Origin: an uncultured Pelagibacteraceae bacterium | GTDB lineage: Bacteria; Pseudomonadota; Alphaproteobacteria; Pelagibacterales; AG-422-B15 | DNA: 64,000 nt | Direction: 5' to 3' | Assembly (NCBI GenBank): GCA_902525595.1 | Contig: CABZHO010000002.1 | Coordinates: forward strand, 24,395-88,394 | Notes under the pieces: generated by a model | Database searches by the model: none | The model's input: only the letters and a program-made list of their open reading frames with translations | What the model was told of the DNA's origin: nothing | Position numbers and translations under genes: made by a program | Part shown: positions 19,746 to 29,465 of the stretch, piece by piece | Layout of the letters: every line of letters starts with the position of its first letter | Position numbering within the stretch: position 1 is the stretch's first letter

Positions 19746-20072
19746 TTAATTTTGACTCTCTTCTGTTTCTATAACAATTGAACTTCCTTGGGAGTTCAAT
19801 TTATTTCTTAATTCTTTACCTGTTTTAAATCGAGGAATATACTTTTCTTCTACATGAACTGATTCACCTGTTCTAGGATTTCTACCTGTTCTTTCTTTTC
19901 TGTGCTGTACAGAAAAAGCTCCAAACCCCCTTAGTTCAACTCTTTTTCCCTCAGCAAGTGATTGAGTAATTTCATTAAAAATTGTATTAACTATTCGTTC
20001 AACATCTCTTACAAACAAGTGTGGGTTGGCGTCAGTTATATTTTGAATTAATTTGGATTTAATTAAACTCAT
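19746..20072 (-). CDS. ihfB: Integration host factor beta subunit (HU/IHF family)
   Basis: 108 aa. [10 protein letters not shown]...GRNPRTGE...PRFKTGK DNA-binding arms. Lies downstream of rpsA, as in alphaproteobacteria. Confidence 0.8.
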   Translation of the reverse strand: MSLIKSKLIQNITDANPHLFVRDVERIVNTIFNEITQSLAEGKRVELRGFGAFSVQHRKERTGRNPRTGESVHVEEKYIPRFKTGKELRNKLNSQGSSIVIETEESQN

Positions 20073-20127
20073 TAGTTTAATTATATGGTATTAGGTCTTA
20101 TTGTAAATAATTGAATCTAGAGAATAA

Positions 20128-21825
20128 TTATTCTTCTTTTTTCTCTCTACCTAAGGCTTTTCCTAGGATGGCTCCTAACGAAGCACCTGAGTCTTTTGAT
20201 CCATATTTTTCCATTGCTTCTTTTTCTATTTCTTCTTCCATTACTCTTATGGATAAAGAAACTTTATAATTTTCCTTATCAATATTAGTTATGGAAGCAT
20301 CTAGCTTATCATTTTTTGCCCATCTGTCTGGACGTGCGTCTGTTTTTCTAGCTGCAAGGTCAGATTTCTTAATGGTAGTAGTTGGTCCTTTTTCACTTAT
20401 TCTTACTTTGACACCAAAGTCTCCAATTTCAATAACATTACAAGTTACAATATCGCCTTTATTTTTGTCTTTAATTTCATCAAAAGGATTTCCATCAACC
20501 TCACGAAGAGAAAGAGCAACTTTTTCATTATCATTTGATATTATTTTTACTTTTAGTTTATCGCCAACTTTATACTTTTTAATCTCTTCTTTTGGTTCCA
20601 AATCCCATGATAAGTCTTTGCTAAACAATGCTCCATCAATATCACCTTCAAGATTGCAGAATATTATTCCGTCTTTTATATTTGATATTTGCGTATCCAG
20701 AACTTTACCAACAGGATTATTTTCATTAAATTTTTGCCATGGATTAGGTAATAACTGTTTTATGCCTAAGCTTAATCTTCTTTTTTCATGATCGATTTCT
20801 AAGATTTGACAATCAACTGACTGAGACCTTGCATATAGATTTCCAGGTTTAGAATTTTGTTTTTGGCTCCATGTCAACATATCCTTATGACACAAACCTT
20901 CAACACCATTTTCAATTTCGATGAAAATACCATAATCGGTAACATTTGTTACAACGCCTGTTACTTTATCATTTACATTAAATTTTTCTTTTACTTTGAG
21001 CCATGGGTCATCTTCAAGCTGTTTCATCCCAACTGATACTCTATTTTTTTCTGGATCAACTTTTATAATCTTAACCTTTACTTGTTGATCTATTTTTAAG
21101 ACTTCAGATGGATGAGCTATTCTTTTAAAGGTTATATCGCTACTGTGAAGTAAAGAATCATATCCTCCTAAATCAACAAAGGCACCATAGTCTGTAATAG
21201 CTTTAATTTTACCTTCAACAGTATCACCAAGCTTTAATTGAAGAAATCTTTCTTCTCTTACTTCCTTATGCATCTCTTCAAGAACTGCTCTACGACTCAC
21301 AACAATGTTTGATCTTTTTAAATCCATTTTTAAAATTTTGAATTTTTGAGGTACGTTTAATAAGTGGCTTATATCACGCATTGGCCTCGTATCAATTTGA
21401 GAGCCGGGCAGAAATGCAGTAACTCCAATTTCACATGATAGTCCACCTTTAACTTTTCCAGTAATTACACCTTCTACTAGTTCACCTGCTTCAAATGACT
21501 TTTCAATTTCACCCCAAATTTCTTTTGATTTAGCTTTTGATCTAGATAATATGCATTCACCATGGTGATTTTCTATTTTATCAAGATAGACATCAATTGT
21601 GTCACCAACTTCAAGCTCTTTCTGATCTTTCTGAAAAATAAATTCTCTTTTTGAAATTCTGCCTTCTACCTTTGCACCAATATCGACAATTACTGCATCA
21701 TCTTCAATCTCAGCTATTATTCCTTTGATAATAGATCCTTCTTTCAGATTTTTGGTACTTATAGATTCAGCTAGTAATGAGTCAAACTCTGAAGATTGAT
21801 TTTGATTTAAAGTCTCTTGACCCAT
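20128..21825 (-). CDS. rpsA: 30S ribosomal protein S1
   Basis: 565 aa with six S1 repeats. Confidence 0.95.
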   Translation of the reverse strand: MGQETLNQNQSSEFDSLLAESISTKNLKEGSIIKGIIAEIEDDAVIVDIGAKVEGRISKREFIFQKDQKELEVGDTIDVYLDKIENHHGECILSRSKAKSKEIWGEIEKSFEAGELVEGVITGKVKGGLSCEIGVTAFLPGSQIDTRPMRDISHLLNVPQKFKILKMDLKRSNIVVSRRAVLEEMHKEVREERFLQLKLGDTVEGKIKAITDYGAFVDLGGYDSLLHSSDITFKRIAHPSEVLKIDQQVKVKIIKVDPEKNRVSVGMKQLEDDPWLKVKEKFNVNDKVTGVVTNVTDYGIFIEIENGVEGLCHKDMLTWSQKQNSKPGNLYARSQSVDCQILEIDHEKRRLSLGIKQLLPNPWQKFNENNPVGKVLDTQISNIKDGIIFCNLEGDIDGALFSKDLSWDLEPKEEIKKYKVGDKLKVKIISNDNEKVALSLREVDGNPFDEIKDKNKGDIVTCNVIEIGDFGVKVRISEKGPTTTIKKSDLAARKTDARPDRWAKNDKLDASITNIDKENYKVSLSIRVMEEEIEKEAMEKYGSKDSGASLGAILGKALGREKKEE

Positions 21826-22453
21826 AAAAAATTATTTTCTTTAGTGCATTAAAAGACTGTTCTATATCAAGATAAGTTGTATCTAGCAACACCGAATTTT
21901 CCGCCGGTTTGAGTGGTGCCACTTTTCTGTTAAGATCCTTGTTATCTCTTTTTACGATGTCAGCAAAGACCTTATTAAAGCTTGATTTTTTGTCACTTTT
22001 GAGGATTTGCTTGTATCGTCTTTGAGCTCTTATTGATATGTCAGCCCAAACAAATATTTTAAAATCTGCATCAGGGAAGACTATTGTTCCAATGTCCCTA
22101 CCTTCTATGATGACATATTTGCTATTTTTTAAGTTTTTTTTGGGAAAAATTCTTTGAAATTTTAATAATGAATTTCTTACAAATGGTTTAGCAGCAATAT
22201 TAGACGATATTCTATCTATCTCAGAATTGAATAAATTCTTATTATTTAACTTATCTTCATTTAGTTCATTGATTATTTTTAAGATTTTTTTGGATTGACT
22301 AATTTTTATATTTTTTTTGATCATTTCAAAAGCAATTGCCCTATACAGCTTTCCACTGAATAGTATTGGTGCATGCAATTTTTTAGATAATTTTTTTGCA
22401 AGTGATGTTTTGCCTGATGAGGCTGGGCCATCAATAGCAATTATTTTATGCAT
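21782..22453 (-). CDS. cmk: Cytidylate kinase
   Basis: P-loop IAIDGPASSGKTS. Its tail overlaps the rpsA start by 44 nt. Confidence 0.85.
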   Translation of the reverse strand: MHKIIAIDGPASSGKTSLAKKLSKKLHAPILFSGKLYRAIAFEMIKKNIKISQSKKILKIINELNEDKLNNKNLFNSEIDRISSNIAAKPFVRNSLLKFQRIFPKKNLKNSKYVIIEGRDIGTIVFPDADFKIFVWADISIRAQRRYKQILKSDKKSSFNKVFADIVKRDNKDLNRKVAPLKPAENSVLLDTTYLDIEQSFNALKKIIFYGSRDFKSKSIFRV

Positions 22454-23735
22454 TTACGAGTAGTTCTTTTATATGCTTTTTAAAATCTGGATAGCTGATA
22501 GCAATACATTTTTCATTATCTAAGCTTATTTTATATTCATAAATAATACTTAGAATAGAAAAAGCCATTGCAATTCGGTGGTCGTTAAATGTTCTTATTT
22601 TTACTGATTTTTTTACAACATGTTTAGAGCCATGTATAATAATATTATTATTCTGAGTTATCACATTAAATCCTAATCTTTTAAGATTTTGTGTAATACT
22701 TTTTATCCTGTCGCTCTCTTTGTGCCTTAATTCATCCAATCCATTGAATTTAGTAACCCCTGTTGATTGTATAGCTGCAATTGCCAAAATAGGATATTCA
22801 TCTATTAGTAGGGAGGATAAACTTGCTTTTACAACAGTTCCCTTTAATTTACTGTATTCAGCTGAGATGCTACCAACCGTTTCACCACAAACCACTTTTT
22901 TATTTGATATTTTTATTTTACCACCCATTTTCTTCAAAACATTTATAAATTCAATTCTTGTTGGATTTAGTAAAATATTTTTCAGAGTAATTTTTGAGTT
23001 TCTAATTATTAAGGCGCCAACTATAAAAAATGCTGCACTGGATGGATCACATGCGACTTTCAAATCCCTTGGTTTAATTTCGTAAGGTCCATTTAATTCA
23101 ATAAGGGATCCATTTTTTCCTTTTTTTATTTTTTTAAATTTTAAATTAAGATATTTCATAAGTCTTTCGGTATGGTCTCTGGTGGGTCTTTTCTCTATTA
23201 TTGCAGTTTTTCCATGAATACTTAGTCCTGCAAGCATCAAAGCTGACTTAACCTGAGCCGACGCAGTTACCATTTCATGATTTAAAGGAAGTAAATTAGA
23301 GTCACCTTTTACCATTGCTGGAAAATAGTCTCCTCGAGTCAAACTAACCTCAGCTCCTATTTTTTTTAGATAATTAGTAACTCTTGACATTGACCTTTTG
23401 CTGAGTGACTTGTCACCAATAAACGTACAAACTATTGGATTTGTTGATACCGCTCCCAGCATGAGTCTTGCAGTGGTGCCACTGTTACCGCAGTCAAGAG
23501 CACCATTAGGTTGCATAAAACCTGAGGTACCATTACCCAGAACAATCCAATAATTTTTATATTTTTTTATACTTATACCTAGACTAATCAGAACATTGAT
23601 TGTTGATTTAATATCTTCTGATTCTAACAAGTTTGATATTTTAGTTTTTCCTGTACTCAAAGCTGCAAATATAAGCGCTCTGTGAGAAATTGACTTATCG
23701 CCAGGAATTTCGATTGAGCCTTGTAATTTTAACAC
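22446..23735 (-). CDS. aroA: 3-phosphoshikimate 1-carboxyvinyltransferase (EPSP synthase)
   Basis: 429 aa. PGDKSISHRA, GNSGTTARL and KESDR blocks. Confidence 0.9.
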   Translation of the reverse strand: MLKLQGSIEIPGDKSISHRALIFAALSTGKTKISNLLESEDIKSTINVLISLGISIKKYKNYWIVLGNGTSGFMQPNGALDCGNSGTTARLMLGAVSTNPIVCTFIGDKSLSKRSMSRVTNYLKKIGAEVSLTRGDYFPAMVKGDSNLLPLNHEMVTASAQVKSALMLAGLSIHGKTAIIEKRPTRDHTERLMKYLNLKFKKIKKGKNGSLIELNGPYEIKPRDLKVACDPSSAAFFIVGALIIRNSKITLKNILLNPTRIEFINVLKKMGGKIKISNKKVVCGETVGSISAEYSKLKGTVVKASLSSLLIDEYPILAIAAIQSTGVTKFNGLDELRHKESDRIKSITQNLKRLGFNVITQNNNIIIHGSKHVVKKSVKIRTFNDHRIAMAFSILSIIYEYKISLDNEKCIAISYPDFKKHIKELLVNA

Positions 23736-23832
23736 TTTTATATTGTCAATTTAGCTTGTATCGTTAATGTTATATATTATTGTTTATTATATATATATCA
23801 AATTCTTAACCTATAAAATCTAGAAATTAAAT

Positions 23833-24201
23833 ATGCCAAAAGCTGAGTGGGGGAAAAAAGTAATCTGTTCTAACTGTGGAGCAAAATTTTATGATTTAAA
23901 TAGAAAGTCTATGGTTTGTCCCAGTTGTGGAACAGAGTACGTAGAACCTTCTTTTCAAGAGGTAACAAGTAGTGCAAAACAAGTTTTCACAGATAATGTT
24001 GATAGTACAGCTGATGTTAATCTAGTTGGTAGTGATGCATCTGAGTCAATTGCAGAAGTTGAAGATCTTGTAATCGATGACGCTATAGACGACGAAACAA
24101 TAAGTCTTGAGGAAACTGAGACCGATGATGTATCAGTTATTCCAGATGAAGAGGATGAACTTGATATAACCGAATCTCCTGACGAAAATATGGAAGAATA
24201 A
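23833..24201 (+). CDS. TIGR02300-type zinc-ribbon protein with acidic tail (FYDLN family)
   Basis: CSNCGAKFYDLNR...CPSCG N-terminus followed by a D/E-rich C-terminus. Confidence 0.75.
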   Translation: MPKAEWGKKVICSNCGAKFYDLNRKSMVCPSCGTEYVEPSFQEVTSSAKQVFTDNVDSTADVNLVGSDASESIAEVEDLVIDDAIDDETISLEETETDDVSVIPDEEDELDITESPDENMEE

Positions 24202-24205
24202 TACT

Positions 24206-24281
24206 GGGGCTATAGCTCATCTGGGAGAGCGCGTCGCTGGCAGTGACGAGGTGGTCGGTTCGAGTCCGACTAGCTCCACCA
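24206..24281 (+). tRNA. tRNA-Ala (anticodon GGC)
   Basis: 76-nt cloverleaf folded by hand. Acceptor stem GGGGCTA/TAGCTCC with the G3:U70 identity pair. Anticodon loop CTGGCAG, T-loop GGTTCGAGTCC, encoded CCA. Confidence 0.9.
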
Positions 24282-25034
24282 CTAAAGTTTAAATGTGTCT
24301 CCCAGGTAGAATTTTCTGGCTTCTTTGTTTCCAAGTATTTTGTCGTTGTTCCCCTCTGCAATAATTTCTCCTGCGTGCATCACATAAGAATAATCGCATA
24401 TATCAAGAACTTCCCTGACATTATGATCAGTTATAAGGACACCAATATTTCTTTTCATAAGTTGTCTTATAAGTTTTTTAATATCATCAATACCTATTGG
24501 ATCAACTCCTGCAGTTGGCTCATCCATCAGTATTATGCTTGGATTTGAGCAAAGGCATCTTGCAATCTCTGTCCTCCTTCGCTCTCCTCCACTCAACATG
24601 TGAGGCATTGCTCTTCTTAAATGTGACAGCGAAAATTCTGTTAGTAATTCTTCTAAAATATTTTGCATCTGATTTTTTTGGTGTCCTTTTGTTTCTAAGA
24701 TAGATAATAGATTGTCTTCAACTGACATTCCTCTGAAAATAGATGGTTGTTGGGGTAAAAAGCCTAATCCGAGCCTTGCCCGTTTATAAATAGGTATAGT
24801 TGTAATGTTTTCATCATCTAAGAATATTTCTCCTCCATCACATTTTATAAGACCCATAATCATATAAAAAGTTGTTGTCTTTCCAGCTCCGTTTGGACCT
24901 AGCAAGCCTATAGTTTTTCCTCTTTCAAGCTCAATACTTACATCTCTAACAATTTGTTTACTAGATAGAGACTTACGGAGATTTTTTGCCTGAAGTCCCC
25001 TGTTAGACGAAATTAATTTTGGTAAACTGCTCAT
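24282..25034 (-). CDS. lptB: LPS export ABC transporter ATP-binding protein
   Basis: Walker A GPNGAGKTT, signature LSGGERRR, Walker B ILMDEP. Last gene of the kdsD-lptC-lptA-lptB array. Confidence 0.9.
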   Translation of the reverse strand: MSSLPKLISSNRGLQAKNLRKSLSSKQIVRDVSIELERGKTIGLLGPNGAGKTTTFYMIMGLIKCDGGEIFLDDENITTIPIYKRARLGLGFLPQQPSIFRGMSVEDNLLSILETKGHQKNQMQNILEELLTEFSLSHLRRAMPHMLSGGERRRTEIARCLCSNPSIILMDEPTAGVDPIGIDDIKKLIRQLMKRNIGVLITDHNVREVLDICDYSYVMHAGEIIAEGNNDKILGNKEARKFYLGDTFKL

Positions 25035-25480
25035 TCTTCACTGATTATTGTGGCTTCTAACCTATTTTCCGAATTGCCTTTTATTATACTAGTCGAGTTT
25101 TTAATATCTAGTATTAATTCCTCGCATTTAATTTTATTTCTACCCTGTGTAACATGCACATTACCTTTTAATTTTAGAATTTGTGAAGAAGGTAAGTACA
25201 ATGCATGATCACTATTTGTAGTCATATCATTATGATCAATTTTAACGTCTTCAAAACTTTCAATTTCATCAATCTGATCTCTATTTTTATTAAATTTAAC
25301 TACCATTTTGCCAGACCAAATTTTGAAAGTATCTTCCTCAGCGTAGACATTACCTATAAATATTGACTCATTTGCATTATCATCTATTTCAAGTCTATCT
25401 GATACAATATTAATCTCATTTGCAGAGACATGGATTTTAAGAAATAGAAATATAATTATGAATATGTATTTTTTTAACAT
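25031..25480 (-). CDS. lptA: LPS transport periplasmic protein LptA (OstA-like)
   Basis: 149 aa with a signal peptide. OstA-N-like beta-jellyroll pattern. Assignment rests partly on synteny. Confidence 0.7.
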   Translation of the reverse strand: MLKKYIFIIIFLFLKIHVSANEINIVSDRLEIDDNANESIFIGNVYAEEDTFKIWSGKMVVKFNKNRDQIDEIESFEDVKIDHNDMTTNSDHALYLPSSQILKLKGNVHVTQGRNKIKCEELILDIKNSTSIIKGNSENRLEATIISEE

Positions 25481-25990
25481 TTAGTTTTCAAAAATTATTT
25501 TTGTAATGACGTTACCTTCATAGACAATTTTACTAAAATTATCATTTATCACTGATCGATCAGCAATTATTAAATTGTCTTCTCTTTTATGTTCAATATT
25601 TGTCAAACTAACAATATCTTTTTTCATATCAAAAGTAGCTCTATCTGACTTAAAGCTTTCATTATTTTCTGTGTAGAACACTATATTATCTTTTAGTTGT
25701 ATAACATTTGTTGATTGAGAAAATATACCTGTATCCGCTTCTAAAAAAATCCATGCATTATTATCTGTCTTAAATTTACCTTCAACTTTTGTGAGTTCGA
25801 GATAGTCGTTAGACTGCAATCCCCTCTCAGCTTTAATTTCGTATATTTTATCATCCAGTCCCTTTTCAGTAAATCGAGGATTTTCAATTTCAATTAATTG
25901 ACTATTTTCTTCAGAGAAAGCAGAAGAAATAGAAGATAAAAATATAATCAAAAAAATAAAAAGCTTAATTGGCATGTCTAATGCAATCAT
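25481..25990 (-). CDS. lptC: LPS export system protein LptC
   Basis: 169 aa with an N-terminal TM anchor. Lies between kdsD and lptA. The start may instead be the internal Met at 25975. Confidence 0.6.
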   Translation of the reverse strand: MIALDMPIKLFIFLIIFLSSISSAFSEENSQLIEIENPRFTEKGLDDKIYEIKAERGLQSNDYLELTKVEGKFKTDNNAWIFLEADTGIFSQSTNVIQLKDNIVFYTENNESFKSDRATFDMKKDIVSLTNIEHKREDNLIIADRSVINDNFSKIVYEGNVITKIIFEN

Positions 25991-26930
25991 GAATATGTAT
26001 TACTCCTACAGGCGATTTTTTTGAGAAGTTATTTACAGCAAATAAAAATGTTATTTTGTTTTTATTCATGATTTGCAGAGCATCTGACATGAGTAAATTT
26101 TGATTAATTAGGATTGGCCTTATTGTCATAATATCGCTAGCTTTTAGTTTGAAAAATTTATTATTTAAATGTCTTCGAAGGTCTCCATCTGTAATTATTC
26201 CAATCAAATGATTTTGTTTATTTCTTACTCCAACGTGACCAAAAGATTTTTTTGTCATTTCGATAATGACAGATTTCATAGATGCTTCTTGAGTCACCAA
26301 AGGTATTTTATTCTTCGTGTGCATTATATCTTTTACTTGCAACATACTTAAGCCTAGAGCTCCACCTGGATGAATTTTTTTATATGCTGACATATTAAAT
26401 TTTTTTAACTTCATAAGGGCGACGCAAAGTGCGTCTCCAAGTACTAAGGCCATAGTTGTAGATGTGGTAGGAGCCAATCCAATTGAACATGCTTCACTAG
26501 CACTTGGTATCAAAAGCGTTATTGATGCATATTTCATTAATTCACTTTTGCTGTTGGCAGTAATTCCAATCACTGAAACTGAGTTTTTGGCCGTGAATTT
26601 AAGCAAATTACTAAGTTCATTACTGTTTCCAGAATTAGAAATAATTATGAGAGCGTCTTTTTTAGAAATGATACCTAAATCACCATGACTCATATCAGTT
26701 GGCGTGCAGTATTGCGACGGTGTGCCTGTAGAACTCATTGTACTTGAGATTTTGCTTGCAATATGACCTGATTTTCCAACGCCTGTTATAATAACTCTGC
26801 CTTTAACTTTGGATAAAAGTTTTACAGCTTTATCAAAATCATTATCAATAGACTTATAGAGCTTTTTAATGCCCACTAACTCTGTATCGATTACAAGTTT
26901 TCCGTCCTTTATAGTTGATCTGTTTTTCAT
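25965..26930 (-). CDS. kdsD: Arabinose-5-phosphate isomerase (KdsD/KpsF; SIS + CBS pair)
   Basis: SIS motif GVGKSGHIA and a C-terminal tandem CBS domain. Confidence 0.85.
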   Translation of the reverse strand: MKNRSTIKDGKLVIDTELVGIKKLYKSIDNDFDKAVKLLSKVKGRVIITGVGKSGHIASKISSTMSSTGTPSQYCTPTDMSHGDLGIISKKDALIIISNSGNSNELSNLLKFTAKNSVSVIGITANSKSELMKYASITLLIPSASEACSIGLAPTTSTTMALVLGDALCVALMKLKKFNMSAYKKIHPGGALGLSMLQVKDIMHTKNKIPLVTQEASMKSVIIEMTKKSFGHVGVRNKQNHLIGIITDGDLRRHLNNKFFKLKASDIMTIRPILINQNLLMSDALQIMNKNKITFLFAVNNFSKKSPVGVIHIHDCIRHAN

Positions 26931-26937
26931 ATTAAAT

Positions 26938-27549
26938 CTAGCTTGAGTGAGAAAAAATATCGTTATTCCATCCTTGAAGGTCTAGTTCTACTCTTGTTGG
27001 TAAGAAATTAATACAATCGTTCACTAGATTCTTCCTTCCTTGCCTTTCAAGGATCTCATCTAATTTTTCTTTAATTAAATGTAAGTGTAGTACATCTCCC
27101 GCAGCATAGTTTATTTGATCTTTTGATAAATTTGGATTTGACCAATCACTCGATTGTTGTTTTTTTGAAATATCAATATTCAGCAATTCTTTACATAAAT
27201 CCCTATAACCATGACCTTGAGAATAAGTTCTAGCTATTTTTGAACTTATCTTTGTACAATAAACATTTTTAATCATAACGCCTAAGTCATGTTTTATTGC
27301 AGCTAAGTCATGTCTGGCAAAGTGAAAAATAAATGTTTTATCACTATAAAGTAGTTTTTTAAGATTAGGTGCCTCATAGTTTTTATCAATAAATTGAACT
27401 AAGTGGCAATCACCTTCACCGTCATATAATTGTATTAAGCACAACGGATCTCGAGATGGTTGTAATCCCATCATTTCGCAATCTGCAGCTATCATATTTG
27501 CAAATTCAATATCAGCTTTTAAATCATTTTTATGTAAAATAGTTTGCAT
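26938..27549 (-). CDS. 3'-5' exonuclease, short RNase D-like (DEDDy)
   Basis: 203 aa. Motifs DCEMMGL, HFARHDL and YAAGDVLHL. Confidence 0.75.
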   Translation of the reverse strand: MQTILHKNDLKADIEFANMIAADCEMMGLQPSRDPLCLIQLYDGEGDCHLVQFIDKNYEAPNLKKLLYSDKTFIFHFARHDLAAIKHDLGVMIKNVYCTKISSKIARTYSQGHGYRDLCKELLNIDISKKQQSSDWSNPNLSKDQINYAAGDVLHLHLIKEKLDEILERQGRKNLVNDCINFLPTRVELDLQGWNNDIFSHSS

Positions 27550-27602
27550 TCTAAATAAAATATTCTATTTCAAAAAAGTACATAAAGGTATATTGAGCAA
27601 AT

Positions 27603-28502
27603 ATGAAGAAAAAAACGATTACACTAGTTGGCGGCTCAGGTTTTTTGGCCAAATACTGCATATCAGAACTCTTAAAATCAGGGCATCGACTAAGAATTTT
27701 GTGCCGTAACCCTCACCTTGCTGGAAAGATTAGAATGATGGGCTCGCCAGACCAATTAGATATTGTTAAAGGCGACATAAGTTCAAAGTCTCAATTAAAG
27801 CAATGTATTGATGGGTCGGATATTGTGATTAATTTTGTTGGTATACTTTTCGAAAGTGGTACCCAAACATTTGAAAAATGTCATTCTATAGGACCAAAAA
27901 ATATAGCTCAAATATGTACGGAATATCAAGTTAAACAATTCATTCATTTTTCTTCTATTGGGGCAGATAAAAATAGTGATTCAAAATACCAAGTTTCAAA
28001 AGGACTTGGAGAAGAAAATATTAGAGAAATTTTACCATCAGCAACAATACTTAGACCATCTATAGTTTTTGGTCCTGGGGATGGATTTTTTACAGTACAA
28101 TCAAAATTAGTAAAAAGTCTTCCAATTGTTCCATTATTTAGCAATAACAAATATCAATGTGTTTACGTAGCTGATATTGCAACTGCGTTAATCAAAATAA
28201 TTGAAGCTAATGATACTCAAGGTAAAACTTTTGAATTTGGGGGTCCTGATATTTTTACTCTAAAAGAAATTTATCAATTAATTTTAAAATCATTAAATAT
28301 AAAGCGTTTGATACTTCCGGTACCATTATCATTTGCAAATTTTGCTGCTTTAGTTATGAAGCCTTTGCCAAATCCATTAATTACATTTGATCAGGTTAAG
28401 CTTTTGAAAAAAGATAACGTCATTACATCTGAAGAACATACATTAGAGTCACTAGGTATTCAGCCTAAGTCAGCTAGAGATATCGTACCTACTTATTTAT
28501 AG
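27603..28502 (+). CDS. NAD(P)H-binding atypical SDR, NDUFA9/complex-I 39-kDa-like
   Basis: N-terminal GGSGFLAKY Rossmann motif. 299 aa, a family typical of alphaproteobacteria. Confidence 0.7.
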   Translation: MKKKTITLVGGSGFLAKYCISELLKSGHRLRILCRNPHLAGKIRMMGSPDQLDIVKGDISSKSQLKQCIDGSDIVINFVGILFESGTQTFEKCHSIGPKNIAQICTEYQVKQFIHFSSIGADKNSDSKYQVSKGLGEENIREILPSATILRPSIVFGPGDGFFTVQSKLVKSLPIVPLFSNNKYQCVYVADIATALIKIIEANDTQGKTFEFGGPDIFTLKEIYQLILKSLNIKRLILPVPLSFANFAALVMKPLPNPLITFDQVKLLKKDNVITSEEHTLESLGIQPKSARDIVPTYL

Positions 28503-28503
28503 A

Positions 28504-29316
28504 TCAAATGAAATATAAGAGGATTATTGATCCAAAGATTATCCGATAAATAACAAAAGGCTTCATTGAGTATTTTGTTAGCCAACTTAGTAGTAATGAT
28601 ATTGCGACATATGCGGTAACAAAAGCTATGAAAAAGCCTAGGACACTGTAGCTAATATTTTCATAGGATGAATTTTTTATGAGTTCTATGATTGGTATAG
28701 CGGAGGCAATAATTAAAACTGGAATTGAAAGTAACATAGAAAACTTTGCAGACCCAACTCTATCCAAGTTGAATAACCTTGCACTAGTATAAACAATACC
28801 TGCTCTACTTGTTCCAGGAATAATTGATAGAACTTGAAATAATCCAATTATTAACGATTGTTTAACGCTGAGATCTTCTAGTTTAACAGGATTATCATTT
28901 TTCTTGTTATCGGCAAAATATAGAACTAATCCAAAAAAGATTGTTGTAAATCCAATTATTTCAACTTTTCGAAATATTCCAGCCCATCCCAACAGAAAAA
29001 AAATTCCACCGATCAAAATTATTGGTAAAGAAGCAATTATTAAATTTCTATTTAAATTTTTTATTTCTACTTCTACTTCTCTTTCTTTATAAAAAGTCGA
29101 AGAGTATAGTAACAGGCTTACAACTTCTTTTTGGAAATATATGATTATGGCAAACAAAGTACCTAAATGAAGGCTAACATCTAAAAGTAAATTTTGCTCC
29201 ATTTCAAACAACTTACTTGCAACCAGCAAATGCCCAGAACTTGAAATAGGTAAAAATTCAGTAATTCCCTGAATTATTCCTAATAATAAAATAGGAAAAA
29301 AAGACATAAAATTCAA
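28504..29316 (-). CDS. uppP: Undecaprenyl-diphosphate phosphatase
   Basis: EFLPISSSGHL and PGTSRAG motifs; polytopic membrane protein. Confidence 0.85.
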   Translation of the reverse strand: MNFMSFFPILLLGIIQGITEFLPISSSGHLLVASKLFEMEQNLLLDVSLHLGTLFAIIIYFQKEVVSLLLYSSTFYKEREVEVEIKNLNRNLIIASLPIILIGGIFFLLGWAGIFRKVEIIGFTTIFFGLVLYFADNKKNDNPVKLEDLSVKQSLIIGLFQVLSIIPGTSRAGIVYTSARLFNLDRVGSAKFSMLLSIPVLIIASAIPIIELIKNSSYENISYSVLGFFIAFVTAYVAISLLLSWLTKYSMKPFVIYRIIFGSIILLYFI

Positions 29317-29363
29317 AAAAAAATAACGTTTTACGCCAAATAGGCAAGCAAAACTTATTATTA

Positions 29364-29454
29364 TGTCATAATGTATGACTATTATTATAATTTTATAATG
29401 ATATAAAAATTAATGTTTATTATTTTAAATCTGTATGTGTCATAATTAGTGACA
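29364..29454. promoter_or_regulatory. Candidate operator pair upstream of gltDB
   Basis: TGTCATAAT occurs twice (29364-29372, 29438-29446). The first copy lies in the palindrome GTCATA-ATG-TATGAC (29365-29379) and the second in TGTCA-N7-TGACA (29438-29454). Confidence 0.25.
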
Positions 29455-29465
29455 TAAATAAGTTT

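Noticed and set aside
20291-20791. Long antisense ORFs lie inside well-supported genes, for example 20291-20791 within rpsA, 31010-31480 within gltB, 22720-23085 within aroA, and 55796-56110 and 56306-56614 within the carboxyltransferase.
   Set aside because: They run opposite conserved housekeeping CDSs, their sequences are low-complexity or hydrophobic, and they have no motifs. They are frame-shadow artefacts.
24137-24548. ORF-track entries 24137-24361 (-) and 24243-24548 (+).
   Set aside because: Both overlap tRNA-Ala, and the second also runs antisense to lptB, so they are spurious.
24282-25034. I expected the rpoN-hpf-ptsN module that usually follows lptB.
   Set aside because: It is absent; lptB ends against tRNA-Ala. 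This fits a reduced regulatory repertoire and is not evidence of a rearrangement or a novel element.
27550-29465. A sharp switch in gene polarity could mark a replication origin. About 13 kb of minus-strand genes (14240-27549, including rpsA) sits to the left, and about 20 kb of plus-strand genes (29466-49430, including ribosomal proteins and aaRS) sits to the right.
   Set aside because: The spacers here are only 53 and 149 nt. I found no DnaA-box matches in them, and there are no dnaA, hemE or parAB neighbours. The pattern is more simply explained by operon arrangement, although it remains consistent with an origin-proximal location.
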